From the NCBI GenBank assembly GCA_002269645.1, contig NIVC01000566.1, positions 434,001-498,000 on the forward strand: a stretch of 64,000 nt of DNA, written 5' to 3'. Below the pieces are notes generated by a model. The model saw only the letters and a program-made list of their open reading frames with translations. It did no database searches and had not been told where the DNA came from. Source of the DNA: Macrostomum lignano (Eukaryota). This document shows, in pieces, positions 46,501-58,414 of this stretch (position 1 is its first letter; each line of letters opens with the position of its first letter). The translations under genes and the position numbers were made by a program.

Positions 46501-49500
46501 GGCCCTGCAGGAACTCGAACGGCAGGACCCACCAGGCGCGCTCGACCCAGGAGACGAACAGGAAACGGCAGATGTTGGCCAGGAGGCCCAGGTACAGCAC
46601 CCGGATGTGACCTGAGGCGAAGAGGCGGATTTTTAAACTGCAAAGTCTTTGCCTGGGAGGTGCATCATCCGAGGCACAGAGTGTGCATGAATTGAAAAGG
46701 GTCCCAGGGTGCCCGCAACCCACCTGCAATAGTTATTATTCATATTTACTGTCCCTTCCTATTTTATTTTTTATTAGAGGCAGGGGGGTTGTGTGCACCC
46801 TGGCGCACTTTAAGCGTCATTGGCACACAACCGGCGAGAGGCATTACTGCCCATTCCGCCGACTCCCCTGAGCAGGCATACAAGCGCGCGGATACGTTAC
46901 GCAGGCACACACTCACACAGGAGTGTACAGCGGCCCTAACTTTATCAATTGTTAGGCATGTACACTTCACTGCGCCTTGGGGGGGTTGGCTCTCAAGGCC
47001 GTTAATTGCACAAGCGAGCCAAGCCAAGATTCCAATCCAGCCCCAAATTAATGTGGCTGCACTTGGAATCGAGCCTGGGTCGCGGCACACCAGAGCAGCT
47101 GCGCTACCGCTGGGCTACGGCCCCCCTGTCCCTTCCTACCGATGGAGTTGATCAGCTTGTCCGAGTGCATGTAGGCCAGCAGCTCGGAGATGTGGTTCAC
47201 AATGGAAGCCACGCCGAACAGGGTGGGGCCGCCGCCGATGTCCTGCAGGTGCCAGAACAGCAGCGAGAACACGATGCCATTGCCGATGCCCATGAAGAAG
47301 GTGACGAATAGAAAGGCGCCAAGGCGCGGGTTCAGGTAGACCGGCAGGACGCGAATCCAGGTGCGAAACTGCCAGGTGGCGCCCTCAGTGCTGTAGGGAT
47401 TCTGTTGCTCCTGCTGCTTCTGCGGATCCCCTGGCTGCTGCTGGTGCTGCAGGCCGTGGATGCCCAGCTGCTGCTCCAGAATTTGCTCGTCCGTGCCTTT
47501 TATGGACTGCCCACCGGGCTCCTGCGGTAGGGGATTGGCACAGTGTGAGGTTCGGTGAAACATGGGGACAGGCGCCCGGCGGAAGAACTGAAAACAGTAA
47601 TTTTAATTTAATCAAATCCCGTCTTCCTACCTCGTGCAGTGGCTCCGGATTTCCGTCCTCGTCCAGCCTCCCGCGATCCTTCATCGTGCGGCCGCGATTA
47701 ATGACCGAGTCGCGAAATTTGTCCTTCATCACCTTCAGGTACATCTGCTCGGAGCCGGCGCCTCCGGGAGCGTCATTGTCGAAGCTGGTGGATTTTTTTA
47801 AAGAAAAAAGTACGGAATTGAATTTTTGGGTGGCTAAATAATATTCTCAGTGGAAAGTCAGATTGCAAACAGCTAAGTGAAGAACCGGAAGTTAGTTTTG
47901 AGCAGCTCAAATGAGGAGCCGGAAGTTGGTTCGGAGTAGTTCAAATTAGGAACCGGAAGTGGCTTTTTGAGTAGCTAATCAGTAAACCGGAAGTGAATTT
48001 TTGAGTAGCCAATCAGTAAACCGGAAGTGGGTTTTTGAGTAGCTAATCAGTAAACCGGAAGTGGGTTTTTGAGTAGCCAATCAGTAAACCGGAAGTGGGT
48101 TTCTGAGTAGCCAATCAGTAAACTGGAAGTGAGTTTTTGAGTAGCCAATCAGTAAACTGGAAGTGGCTTTTTGAGTAGCCAATCAGTAAACCGGAAGTGG
48201 GTTTCTGAGTAGCCAATCAGTAAACCGGAAGTGGGTTTCTGAGTAGCCAATCAGTAAACCAAAGGTGGGTTTTTGAGTAGCCAATCAGTAAACCGGAAGT
48301 GGGTTTTTGAGTAGCCAATCAGTAAACTGGAAGTGGGTTTCTGAGTAGCCAATCAGTAAACCGGAAGTGGGTTTTTGAGTAGCTAATCAGTAAACCGGAA
48401 GTGGGTTTTTGAGTAGCCAATCAGTAAACCGGAAGTGGGTTTCTGAGTAGCCAATCAGTAAACTGGAAGTGAGTTTTTGAGTAGCCAATCAGTAAACTGG
48501 AAGTGGCTTTTTGAGTAGCCAATCAGTAAACCGGAAGTGGGTTTCTGAGTAGCCAATCAGTAAACCGGAAGTGGGTTTCTGAGTAGCCAATCAGTAAACC
48601 AAAGGTGGGTTTTTGAGCAGCCAATCAGTAAACCGGAAGTGGGTTTTTGAGTAGCCAATCAGTAAACTGGAAGTGGCTTTTTGAGTAGCCAATCAGTAAA
48701 CTGGAAGTGGGTTTCTGAGTAGCCAATCAGTAAACCGGAAGTGGGTTTCTGAGTAGCCAATCAGTAAACCAAAGGTGGGTTTTTGAGTAGCCAATCAGTA
48801 AACCGGAAGTGGGTTTTTGAGTAGCCAATCAGTAAACTGGAAGTGAGTTTTTGAGTAGCCAATCAGTAAACTGGAAGTGGCTTTTTGAGTAGCCAATCAG
48901 TAAACTGGAAGTGGCTTTTTGAGTAGCCAATCAGTAAACTGGAAGTGGCTTTTTGAGTAGCCAATCAGTAAACTGGAAGTGGCTTTTTGAGTAGCCAATC
49001 AGTAAACTGGAAGTGGCTTTTTGAGTAGCCAATCAGTAAACTGGAAGTGGCTTTTTGAGTAGCCAATCAGTAAACCGGAAGTGGGTTTTTGAGTAGCCAA
49101 TCAGTAAACCGGAAGTGGCTTAGCGGCATTTCGGCACTCACTGGAACTGAGTCGAAACCGCCAGAGCGCACAGCATGAAGAGGGTGAAGGTGGCGAAGCA
49201 CATTATGTAATTCTTCTCCCTCTCGGCGGGGAAGCGGCACGGGTGCTTGAAGAAGGTGGTGCTGAGGTCCAGCCCGATGCCGACGATGAACATGGCGATG
49301 CCCCAGCCGATGCTGCCGAACATCCGCTGCCGGCCGTAGTTCTCCGACTTGCCCTCGATGGCGGCCTGGGTGGCGATGTCGGCCAGGCTGTTGGCCGGCG
49401 CGGAGGTGAACTCGCCGATGATCATGAGGAACAGGATGATGACGAAGGCCTTGCCGATCTCGGCAGTCGAGTACACCACGGTGGAGTAGCGCGGCATCGC

Positions 49501-50073
49501 TAGGCCCGGCTGGCCGGCCTTGTCCAGCATGATGGGGTTCTCGCCCACCATCTGCGACCAGCGCTCGTGCGGATTGTTGATGATGCGCTTCCGCTGGCTC
49601 AGCGCGATGTCGAAGTCTCCGGCGACCACCACCTCGGTGGATCGGTTCTCCGACTCCACCAGGCAGCCGAAGGGCGCCGGGTTGACGATGGCGATGGCCA
49701 CGGTGAAGATGAGCCAGCAGGCGGTGGACACGATGAGGATGAGGCGGCATTTGCGCCACTTCTCCGCCAGGCCGGTCCAGAACGGGGCGGCGAAGAACTG
49801 GATGAGCGGTCGGATGCCGATGAGGGCGCCGGCCTGAGCCGCGTTCATGCCGAGCTGCTTAAAGTACACCGCCATCAGCGGGTAGACGGAGCCGAAGGCG
49901 GCGAAGAAGAAGAAGTAGAACAGCTTGTAGATGTTCAGCGACTTGTCGAAGTAGCCCCCAAGGAAGCGCAAAAATTCGTTGGCGCGCTGGCCGCGGTTCT
50001 GGCCTTCGGTTGGCTCGGCGGCCGGCAGCGGCACCTCGTGGGGCAGCGGCTCGTCCGTGGGGACCGGCTGCAT
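43596..50073 (-). CDS. MFSD6: MFSD6-like major facilitator transporter, 748 aa; exons 50073-49142, 47784-47631, 47587-47140, 46611-46342, 45903-45649, 43783-43596
   Basis: KLFYFFFFAAFGSVYPL, YGRQRMFGSIGWG, FLFWHLQDIGGGPTLFG, QGVHHGLGRGLGAIFGG and LAPHGVP motifs. All five introns are GT-AG with consistent phases (2,0,1,1,1). Confidence 0.9.
44041..45021 (+). mobile_element. Internally deleted PIF/Harbinger transposon, 981 bp, in the last MFSD6 intron
   Basis: TIR GGGCCCGTGCTATAGA; 3 bp TSD CAG on both sides; TTAGGAG subterminal repeats; ORF 44407-44724 is the Harbinger transposase N-terminal HTH (RFRL...LRFLAKG..YRTIGDAHGVSKSSV). Confidence 0.92.
46760..47126 (-). mobile_element. tRNA-derived SINE (second family), full length, in an MFSD6 intron
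   Basis: A box TAGCCCAGCGG, B box GGCTCGATTCC, A-rich tail; body shared with 51505-51710 and 2358-2394. Confidence 0.8.
47950..49120. repeat. 34 bp minisatellite, about 34 copies, in MFSD6 intron 1
   Basis: Unit GAGTAGCCAATCAGTAAACCGGAAGTGGGTTTTT; more degenerate units at 47880-47990. Confidence 0.97.
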
Positions 50074-51224
50074 CTCTGCGGCTGCTGGTTTGATGTCCGT
50101 GGAGATCTGGCGGGCAGCTGTCTCAGAGCAGGGAGCGGCAAGAGGGGAGGAGGACTTCTTCTAGATTCAACCGGAGAGTTTATGCCGAGGGCGCGGCGAG
50201 ATGGAGAAAAGGGGAAGAGGCTGGGGGTTGCCGAGGATGGGATGGGAGAGGCGGCCGTATTGATTCTGAGCAGGGCAGGGCGGGTCGGAGCTGCGAGAAG
50301 GCGGAGGAAGGCGGGAAGGAAAAGACGGGAAGAGAAAACTTTTGCGGCGGGGCAGAAGCTCCCTCGGTGGCTCCCAAGAGAGGCAGAGCGCTGGAACAGC
50401 TACTCAATTCTGCATCTCCTCACAGCCTCCCTGTCCGCAGCCCGGGTAGTGCGGATTTCATTGGCTCCAGCGCGCCTCCCCCTTCCTACTCCGGCGGCTT
50501 CCTCATCATCCGCGCACAGAGCTGAGCAGAGCGCTCAAATTTCTTCCCTATCCCGCCGCCGGCAGCGCACAGCCGACTCCGACGTACTTCTATCGGCCGC
50601 GCGCAGCGATCGACTTGGGCTGCAGGCAAGCCGGAGTGCGGAGGAGGCGGAGAAACTGAAAACTCACTGAAAACTGGGGAGTCAGGCGGCTTATCCGCCT
50701 CGCATCCCTCGTGCACTGCGACTCGGCAGCTGCAGGCTCTGAGGATTTGCTGCTCAGGATGTCGGGATTGTTGGCAAGAAAATTGAGGAAGCTGCGAGCG
50801 GATCTATTGGCAGATCAATAGCATATCTGTACCAAATTTGTAGCTCATTTTGCGTAATTTATAAATAGAATTAATTTGAGTTATTGTCGGTCTATGCAAA
50901 CTTATACTCAGCAACATTGAGAAGTCGCCACCCTTTGCCCCAGTGAGCAGTGCCTTTCGACCAGCGTCTATCACCTGGCCAACAATTTTGATATTTAAAA
51001 ATGCTTGAAAAAACAATGAAAACCGGGCGAAAGCTTCAATCTATCCAATATTCGCCCTTCGCTCTTCCCAATCCTCCTCACCCAGCCCAGCTTTGCATCG
51101 CATGGCGCAAGTTGCATCACTCAAAAGTCAATACTGAGCTGGACTTTACTGCGCACTCTCAAAGTTGGCGAATATTTAATGTTGTTGAGTATATGTGCAG
51201 ATAAAAAAGTTACTAAAAGACCAA

Positions 51225-51312
51225 GGGCCCATTCTATAAAGCCATCGTAAGATAAGATCGTAAAAGTACGTACGATCGAACTTACGCTACGACAGCTTTA
51301 CAGTGCGACCCC
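51225..51312. mobile_element. Possible minute Harbinger-type MITE
   Basis: Degenerate TIR GGGCCCCATTCTATAAAGC / GCTTTACAGTGCGACCCC, CGTAAG/CTTACG subterminal motifs, CAA on both flanks. Confidence 0.35.
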
Positions 51313-51504
51313 CAAGTCAAGTGCATCAAAGTCATTTTAAGTACCAGACTCATTCGTTTCTGTGCATTCCCTTATGCTCAAGCCGCTCTGTCAAGTGCCA
51401 GTTAAGTCTTCGCAGATTAGACTGAATTTTATGCACTTGAGCTGGCTATGTTGAATTTGGGTTGGATATAGGGGCTAAAATTGTACTTGACAAAACACGA
51501 CATT

Positions 51505-51710
51505 GTCACACAACCGGCGAGAGGCGTTACTGCCCATTCCGCCGACTCCCCTGAGCAGGCACACAAGCGCGCGGATACGTCCGCCCCAGTCATATGCACA
51601 GGCACACACTCACACAGGAGTGTACAGCGGCCCTGACTTAAGTTATCGTTAGGCATGTGCACTTCACTACTTATGCCTTGCGGGTTGGCACTCAAGGCCT
51701 TAAATATGCA
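51505..51710 (-). mobile_element. Partial copy of the 46760-47126 SINE body
   Basis: Near-identical CACACAACCGGCGAGAGGC..CCCATTCCGCCGACTCCCCTGAGCAGGC and CACACAGGAGTGTACAGCGGCCCT blocks. Confidence 0.8.
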
Positions 51711-52446
51711 CGAGCTTGACTGGCCCAGGCTGCCTACGCTCGTAAAAGCGCCGCAAAAGATAGGTGATTTCTGTATATAGAGGTGATTTTACAGTCCCAT
51801 CGAGTTGCATCTAAGTACCTTTTATTATACATGTACCTTAGGTAGTTGCATTGCATGCAAAAATGAAACAATAATTTGGGAATGTCAAACTACGAGACAG
51901 GACAACCATGCCCTCACCATTTTGCTCCGAAAATATTAGAAGTTTTTAGTTCGACTTAGCAGTCCTTGATGAAACTCATAATTATCTGTAGATCAAAGGA
52001 CCCACTACAGGATTTGATGCCTAATTGCAGAGACAGGAATTAAGTCTGCAAGAAAGATTTATCAGACATTTTTCCTATAATTATCTAGAGACTCGTACCT
52101 GCTCCCGCTGATGAGCAGATATAGTTTCAGTGTCGCTCTGATCTCGAAATCAAAGCATAATTAGAAGTCTTTTGAGGAGACGTGAACTCTGGGATGACTG
52201 AAGCATTACAAATATTTTAGCTGTGCGCACTGGTTCCGTCATTTCACACAGCGCAGTTATGTGTATCTTCACTACGTCACTTTGATAAATTACCAATTTG
52301 AAATGCCACGATTTTGTGGCCGCTTGACACCCCAAATTATTTTAAAATGAAATACGCTTTGGATAGTAAACGCACCAAAATGAAAAGTGTATTTCATTGA
52401 TTATCAAACCAAGTCGCTCAGACATCTGCAGGCTATGAGCACAGTG

Positions 52447-52992
52447 TCACAGCTGCAGCCGAACAGGTTCGTGCCCTGTGTCCGATAAAAACCGGACAAA
52501 GTCGGACGCAGACAGGGACAAAGTGGCGGAATTGCAGCCCACCGGGTGGCAGTTCAGCTGCTCAGTTTCTGCCGGCTCCAGCAGCGCGGAGTCACACAGG
52601 AAGGTCACCAACTTAGCCGCATCGTTAGCCAAAGCCAGCGGAGTCACGCAGCCCTGCCTGACACCCAGCGTGTCTAACAGGGTCGGCTCCTCAGCCAGGC
52701 GGAAATTGCCAGCCGCGAGGCCAGCAGGCAGCCGCTTGTGCAGGTCCGACAGGCGGATTTGAGCGTCGTGACGAGCCGACAGCAGAAACAGCCGGCGCTT
52801 CTTGTCCTTGAGGAACAGATTCTTCAGGGTGCAGCCCGGCAGCTTGGCCACTGCCGGCTGCTGCAGCATCGCGTCCACGGTGAACACCTCATCGTGAGCC
52901 ACTATGGAGTGGGAGACGCCCAGCTGAGTCAGGTAGGCCGAGGTCTCCGAGCTGTGGCGGGCGATTGTGGCAGAGTCTGGTTGAAGCTGCAT
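52447..52992 (-). CDS. PRORSD1: ProXp-ala / PrdX (YbaK-like) aminoacyl-tRNA deacylase; possible extra upstream exon 53519-53446
   Basis: HDEVFTV..KNLFLKDKK..LGVRQGCVTPLALAND..CHP..NSAT..F.RFL..TGHEP. Confidence 0.88.
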   Translation of the reverse strand: MQLQPDSATIARHSSETSAYLTQLGVSHSIVAHDEVFTVDAMLQQPAVAKLPGCTLKNLFLKDKKRRLFLLSARHDAQIRLSDLHKRLPAGLAAGNFRLAEEPTLLDTLGVRQGCVTPLALANDAAKLVTFLCDSALLEPAETEQLNCHPVGCNSATLSLSASDFVRFLSDTGHEPVRLQL

Positions 52993-53000
52993 ACTTCTCG

Positions 53001-53300
53001 GAGTTAAGGGGTTCTACAGGTGAGTTAAGGGGTTCTACAGGTGAGTTAAGGGGTTCTACAGGTGAGTTAAGGGGTTCTACAGGTGAGTTAAGGGGTTCTA
53101 CAGGTGAGTTAAGGGGTTCTACAGGTGAGTTAAGGGGTTCTTCAGGTGAGTTAAGGGGTTCTACAGATAGGGTGAGTTAAGGGGTTCTACAGGTGAGTTA
53201 AGGGGTTCTACAGATGAGTTAAGGGGTTCTACAGATGAGTTAAGGGGTTCTACAGATAGGGTGAGTTAAGGGGTTCTACAGATAAGGTGAGTTAAGGGGT
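53001..53300. repeat. 21 bp minisatellite immediately 5' of the PRORSD1 main exon
   Basis: Unit GGTGAGTTAAGGGGTTCTACA. Confidence 0.95.
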
Positions 53301-54145
53301 GATTCTTGAGACGAGTTAGGGGCGATTTTTGAGGCGAGTTAGGAGCAACTCTTGAGGATAAAGGGGCGATTCATGAGGAGGATTAGGAACAGATATTTAT
53401 AAGCGATACTTCTAAGGACTGCGATGTCATAGCACAACTCAGTACCTGTTATTCAACTTGAATTTCTTGGCCTCTGTTGCCGGGACAGGAGCCGCTTGCA
53501 CTTCACTTTCAGTAGCCATGAGGTAAGAAGTATTGCATGCATGTAGCAAGGCTCTGCTTTCGCGCATATTCTATACAATTGAAGAGGCAGGATTTCAGAA
53601 GCCAAACACGAGAAAGCTTTTATTCAGCCGTCAGTTTCCGCAGGCACTATATTTTATATTTGCATGAGAGTCCTAAACAGCTCTGACGCACCCTTCCTGC
53701 TCAGACCGGAAAGTCTTTCCTGATCATCTTAAGCGCGTATAATTTCTCTCTCCTAAAAATTAGCGAGATTTTTTTAGCTTTCAGCACTAAATTTACAGTT
53801 ACACCACCGTCTTTGCTGCCTCAAGTAGTGCAGTAAGCAACTGAAAACTAAGTTTAAAAGACATAGAAAAAATGTATGTATTTTTGAAAAAAACAATCGG
53901 TGTATATTTATTTTATACTGGAAACTAGGAAGAAGCACAAATTGCACAAATTGCACAAATTAAAATGCGATATAATTATAAATCTTTAATAGGATTAACA
54001 TTATGCACCCAGCGGTAAGCCGGTTTTAAAATAGATTCAACGGAGAAAATGCAGTGCAGAGCCCTACGAAAATAGCGCCGATATGTTGTGAAAAATGGTT
54101 CGGGTAAATAAATACGGGATTGAATCAAATACTCTATTTGATGCA

Positions 54146-55770
54146 ATCTAGTCTTCGGATTAGGGAGTAGAATGGATTGCTAATCTAGTCTTCGGATTAG
54201 GGAATAGAATGGATTGCTAATCTAGTCTTCGGATTAGGGAATAGAATGGATTGCTAATCTAGTCTTCGGATTAGGGAATAGAATGGATTGCTAATCTAGT
54301 CTTCGGATTAGGGAATAGAATGGATTGCTAATCTAGTCTTCGGATTAGGGAATAGAATGGATTGCTAATCTAGTCTTCGGATTAGGGAATAGAATGGATT
54401 GCTAATCTAGTCTTCGGATTAGGGAATAGAATGGATTGCTAATCTAGTCTTCGGATTAGGGAATAGAATGGATTGCTAATCTAGTCTTCGGATTAGGGAA
54501 TAGAATGGATTGCTAATCTAGTCTTCGGATTAGGGAATAGAATGGATTGCTAATCTAGCCTACAGATTAGGGAATAGAATGGATTGCTAATCTAGCCTAC
54601 AGATTAGGGAATAGAATGGATTGCTAATCTAGGCTACAGATTAGGGAATAGAATGGATTGCTAATCTAGCCTACAGATTAGGGAATAGAATGGATTGCTA
54701 ATCTAGCCTACAGATTAGGGAATAGAATGGATTGCTAATCTAGGCTACAGATTAGGGAATAGAATGGATTGCTAATCTAGCCTACAGATTAGGGAATAGA
54801 ATGGATTGCTAATCTAGGCTACAGATTAGGGAATAGAATGGATTGCTAATCTAGGCTACAGATTAGGGAATAGAATGGATTGCTAATCTAGCCTACAGAT
54901 TAGGGAATAGAATGGATTGCTAATCTAGTCTTCGGATTAGGGAATAGAATGGATTGCTAATCTAGTCTTCGGATTAGGGAATAGAATGGATTGCTAATCT
55001 AGTCTTCGGATTAGGGAATAGAATGGATTGCTAATCTAGTCTTCGGATTAGGGAATAGAATGGATTGCTAATCTAGTCTTCGGATTAGGGAATAGAATGG
55101 ATTGCTAATCTAGCCTACAGATTAGGGAATAGAATGGATTGCTAATCTAGGCTACAGATTAGGGAATAGAATGGATTGCTAATCTAGCCTACAGATTAGG
55201 GAATAGAATGGATTGCTAATCTAGGCTACAGATTAGGGAATAGAATGGATTGCTAATCTAGCCTACAGATTAGGGAATAGAATGGATTGCTAATCTAGCC
55301 TACAGATTAGGGAATAGAATGGATTGCTAATCTAGGCTACAGATTAGGGAATAGAATGGATTGCTAATCTAGCCTACAGATTAGGGAATAGAATGGATTG
55401 CTAATCTAGCCTACAGATTAGGGAATAGAATGGATTGCTAATCTAGGCTACAGATTAGGGAATAGAATGGATTGCTAATCTAGCCTACAGATTAGGGAAT
55501 AGAATGGATAATCTAGGCTACAGATTAGGGAATAGAATGGATTGCTAATCTAGCCTACAGATTAGGGAATAGAATGGATTGCTAATCTAGGCTACAGATT
55601 AGGGAATAGAATGGATTGCTAATCTAGGCTACAGATTAGGGAATAGAATGAATTGCTAATCTACTCAACCGATTAGGGAGTAGAATGGATTGCTAAACTA
55701 GCCTACAGATTAGGGAATAGAATGGATTGCTAATCTAGCCTACAGATTAGGGAATAGAATGGATTGCTAA
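54146..55770. repeat. 37 bp tandem array, about 44 copies, with three sequence variants
   Basis: Unit GATTGCTAATCTA(GTCTTCG|GCCTACA|GGCTACA)GATTAGGGAATAGAATG. Confidence 0.97.
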
Positions 55771-55773
55771 TTA

Positions 55774-58414
55774 TCAAAGCTCAAAGCCCCGGTCAGCAGC
55801 CAGCAGTGCAGCGGCCTGAGCCATGGAGTCCAACGCCAGCAGCCGCCGAGCCACGTCCAGCAGCGCCTGCGCCAGCGCCATGCGGGGCAGTTGGGCGCCG
55901 TCCGTCGCGCTTAACTGGCGCAGCAGAGTCGCCAGCGCCGTCAGCGCCTCCCGGTCGCGCGCCAGCTGCTCAGCCGAGATCGCTGTTGCCGCTGACTTTG
56001 TCGAATCGTCGGCAGTTGCAGAAGCGGCCCAGATGGACACAAGGGTGGCAACGGCGGCGGCCAGGCAGTCGGTGCTGGCAACAGCAGAAGCAACAGACTG
56101 CTGCTTCTGTCTGCGAGCAATCCGAACCGAGCACTGACCCCAGGCGAAGCTGTTGCTAAGGAGAGAGGATCGCTGCTGCGGCAGTTCGAATCCCACCGAG
56201 GAGCTGAGGTGGCCGCCGCAGCCGAGCAGGGAGTCGCCGCCAGCGGACAGCGGGAACTGCGGACAGGCCAGCAGAGACAGGGGTGTCCACGGCCGCCTGT
56301 CCACCGGCGTTGTGGAGACGGCAAAGTCCGTGAGCTGGGATGAAATTTTTTAATTGAAGGTAAATTAGACTTGGCACACGTAGTACCAGATAGATGACGA
56401 CGCATTCAGGCTTAATTATACAGTCATAGTTACTCCTGCCGTTTACCCAAAATTACGTTAATTCGTCCAAGTTGTGCTGGGTGCTTAACCTAAACTTTTC
56501 TACTAACTCAAGTAAACTAAATAGACGCAGCTCAGCGATTCCACAGCGACTCTGGCACGTGTCGGATACGACTCTGCGGCCCCAGAGTCACTTGCGTCGC
56601 AGACATCGCAGACTTTTACCGCGACATCTTGTCGTTTTAGAGTCGTCTGGAGCCGTCTTTCCTATTTTGAGGCGACCCAAGTGACCCCGAGACACTTCTT
56701 GGCCTTGACCGGGCAAACCCACGCCGCCGCCGCTCACCCAGAATGATCTCGTAGCCAGGACGGCAGCTCCCAAAGTCGAAGGCGCGGCCCCGGGCCAGGC
56801 GGCCAAGCCGAGAGACAGCCGGGCGATCAGAACCGGCTGAAGGAACTGCTCGCCACCCGAGCAGGTGGGGGAGTTGGAAGCCGCCGGAAGCGGCAGGTGA
56901 ACCTCACCATCAGTCAGCGGGAACTCGATGCGCTGTCGCAGCCGGCCAGCCGCCGGCCACCGCAGCTCAAGGACGCAGCGCCAGCCGCTGGCCGGGCCGG
57001 GCAGCCAGCGGCAGCCCGCCTGCGCATTCGCAGCGGCAGAGTTGACAGCCACGCTTAAATAGCAAAGCCGGCCGGAATGCCGAATCTCCATAGCAACGGA
57101 GATGCCGCAGCTTTTGGCCGGCTTAATGGAGGCGCGCAGCCGCAGCAGGTGGGCCAGCTGGGCCAGCCGGCGGGTCACGGTCCGGTCAGCGGCGGCCAGA
57201 GCGGCCAGGCGGTCCAGGCCGCCGTTAAGCCGCTCAGTCAGCCGAAGCAGGCAGGCCTCGCCGTCGCCATCATCGACATCCTGAATTCTTACATCCTGTT
57301 GGGCGTCGGCTCGGCACAGCCAGTCCAGCAGGCGGCCCAGCGGGTAGCAGCACTGGCTGAAGTCGGCGAACTGCACCAGCAGCTCGGCCGGGCTGTCCGT
57401 GGCCGCGACGATGCTCCGACAGTCGGCGAGCCCGGGATCCACGCCAGCGCTGACGCCGCCGCTGCCGTCGTCGAGAGCAGCGGCGGAAACGAGCCGCAGT
57501 CGGCCGTCGGTCAGCAGGCAGGTCAGCACAGCGCAGCGACCTTGGCGCACCAGCGCGCAGTCGGCGACTTGAACCCCGGCGCCGACGCCGGCACCGAGAA
57601 GGCTGCCGCGGTTCACCAGACGCAGATTGACGCCCGAGTGGGCGAAGGTCATCAGCAGCAGGCGAGCGTCGGCAAAGATCAAAGCGACCCGATCTGAGCG
57701 GCCAAGTCGCCAGCCGAGGACTCGAAGCAGAAAGGAGCCGCCGAGTCTGAAAGCAGACTCTGCAGCAGCGGCAGGTTCAAAGTCGGCCGCTGTGCCACTA
57801 GCGGCAAAGTCAGTCGGGGAGGCGACTTTCAGGCAGGCGGATTTCCCGGGCGAGAGGCAGAACAGCTCGCCACCATCGACTGAGCAAAGAACGGCAAAGG
57901 CTGCTGATTCAGCATCCCCGTGAGCACCATTTCTTGCACATTTACCAGCCAGAAAGCGGGCCAGGTTCTCGGGCAAGAGCTCCAGCACGGTTGGAGAGCC
58001 GCGCTGATCATCGACATCTGCAGCCTCCAGCGCCGAGACCGAGGATGCCAGGATGCAGACGGATACCGGCCGCCGGTTCTCCTGGTTGCCATGGAAACAG
58101 CGACGCTGCAAACTGGCGGCGGCATCCTTGGCGCCCAGCTCAACCAGCTGCACAATCAGACCGAACAGATTTGGTGAGGCGGCGCTGGAGTCATTCTCAG
58201 CCAGCACCTGCAGCAGGAACTGGCGCCTCCGCTGAACACCTTCAGCCTCTGCTGCACAGCTGATGCGAATCTCCTGCAGCGGCTGCTGTGAAGGACAGGC
58301 GGGCTGCGGATGGCGGTCGGGGCTGTGATGAGACCTGGCGATATCGCAACTGCTGTCGCCTTCCAGGTAAGTGTTGGGCAGCTCTGCAAACAGGTCGTCA
58401 TCGTCCGAGTCCAT
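55774..58414 (-). CDS. 745 aa two-exon protein, probably FAAP100-like (Fanconi anaemia core complex); exons 58414-56738 and 56334-55774
   Basis: Long GC-rich ORFs joined by a phase-0 GT-AG intron. L..FL.G...VLC...G.L.C, L...GRL, a coiled coil, then GWRCVLEL recall FAAP100 from memory; orthology unverified. Confidence 0.55.

Noticed and set aside
49567-50670. 367 aa + strand ORF
   Set aside because: Antisense shadow of MFSD6 exon 1 and its GC-rich leader.
54146-55770. CRISPR-like appearance of the 37 bp palindromic repeats
   Set aside because: The units are directly adjacent with no unique spacers, there are no cas genes, and the context is eukaryotic.
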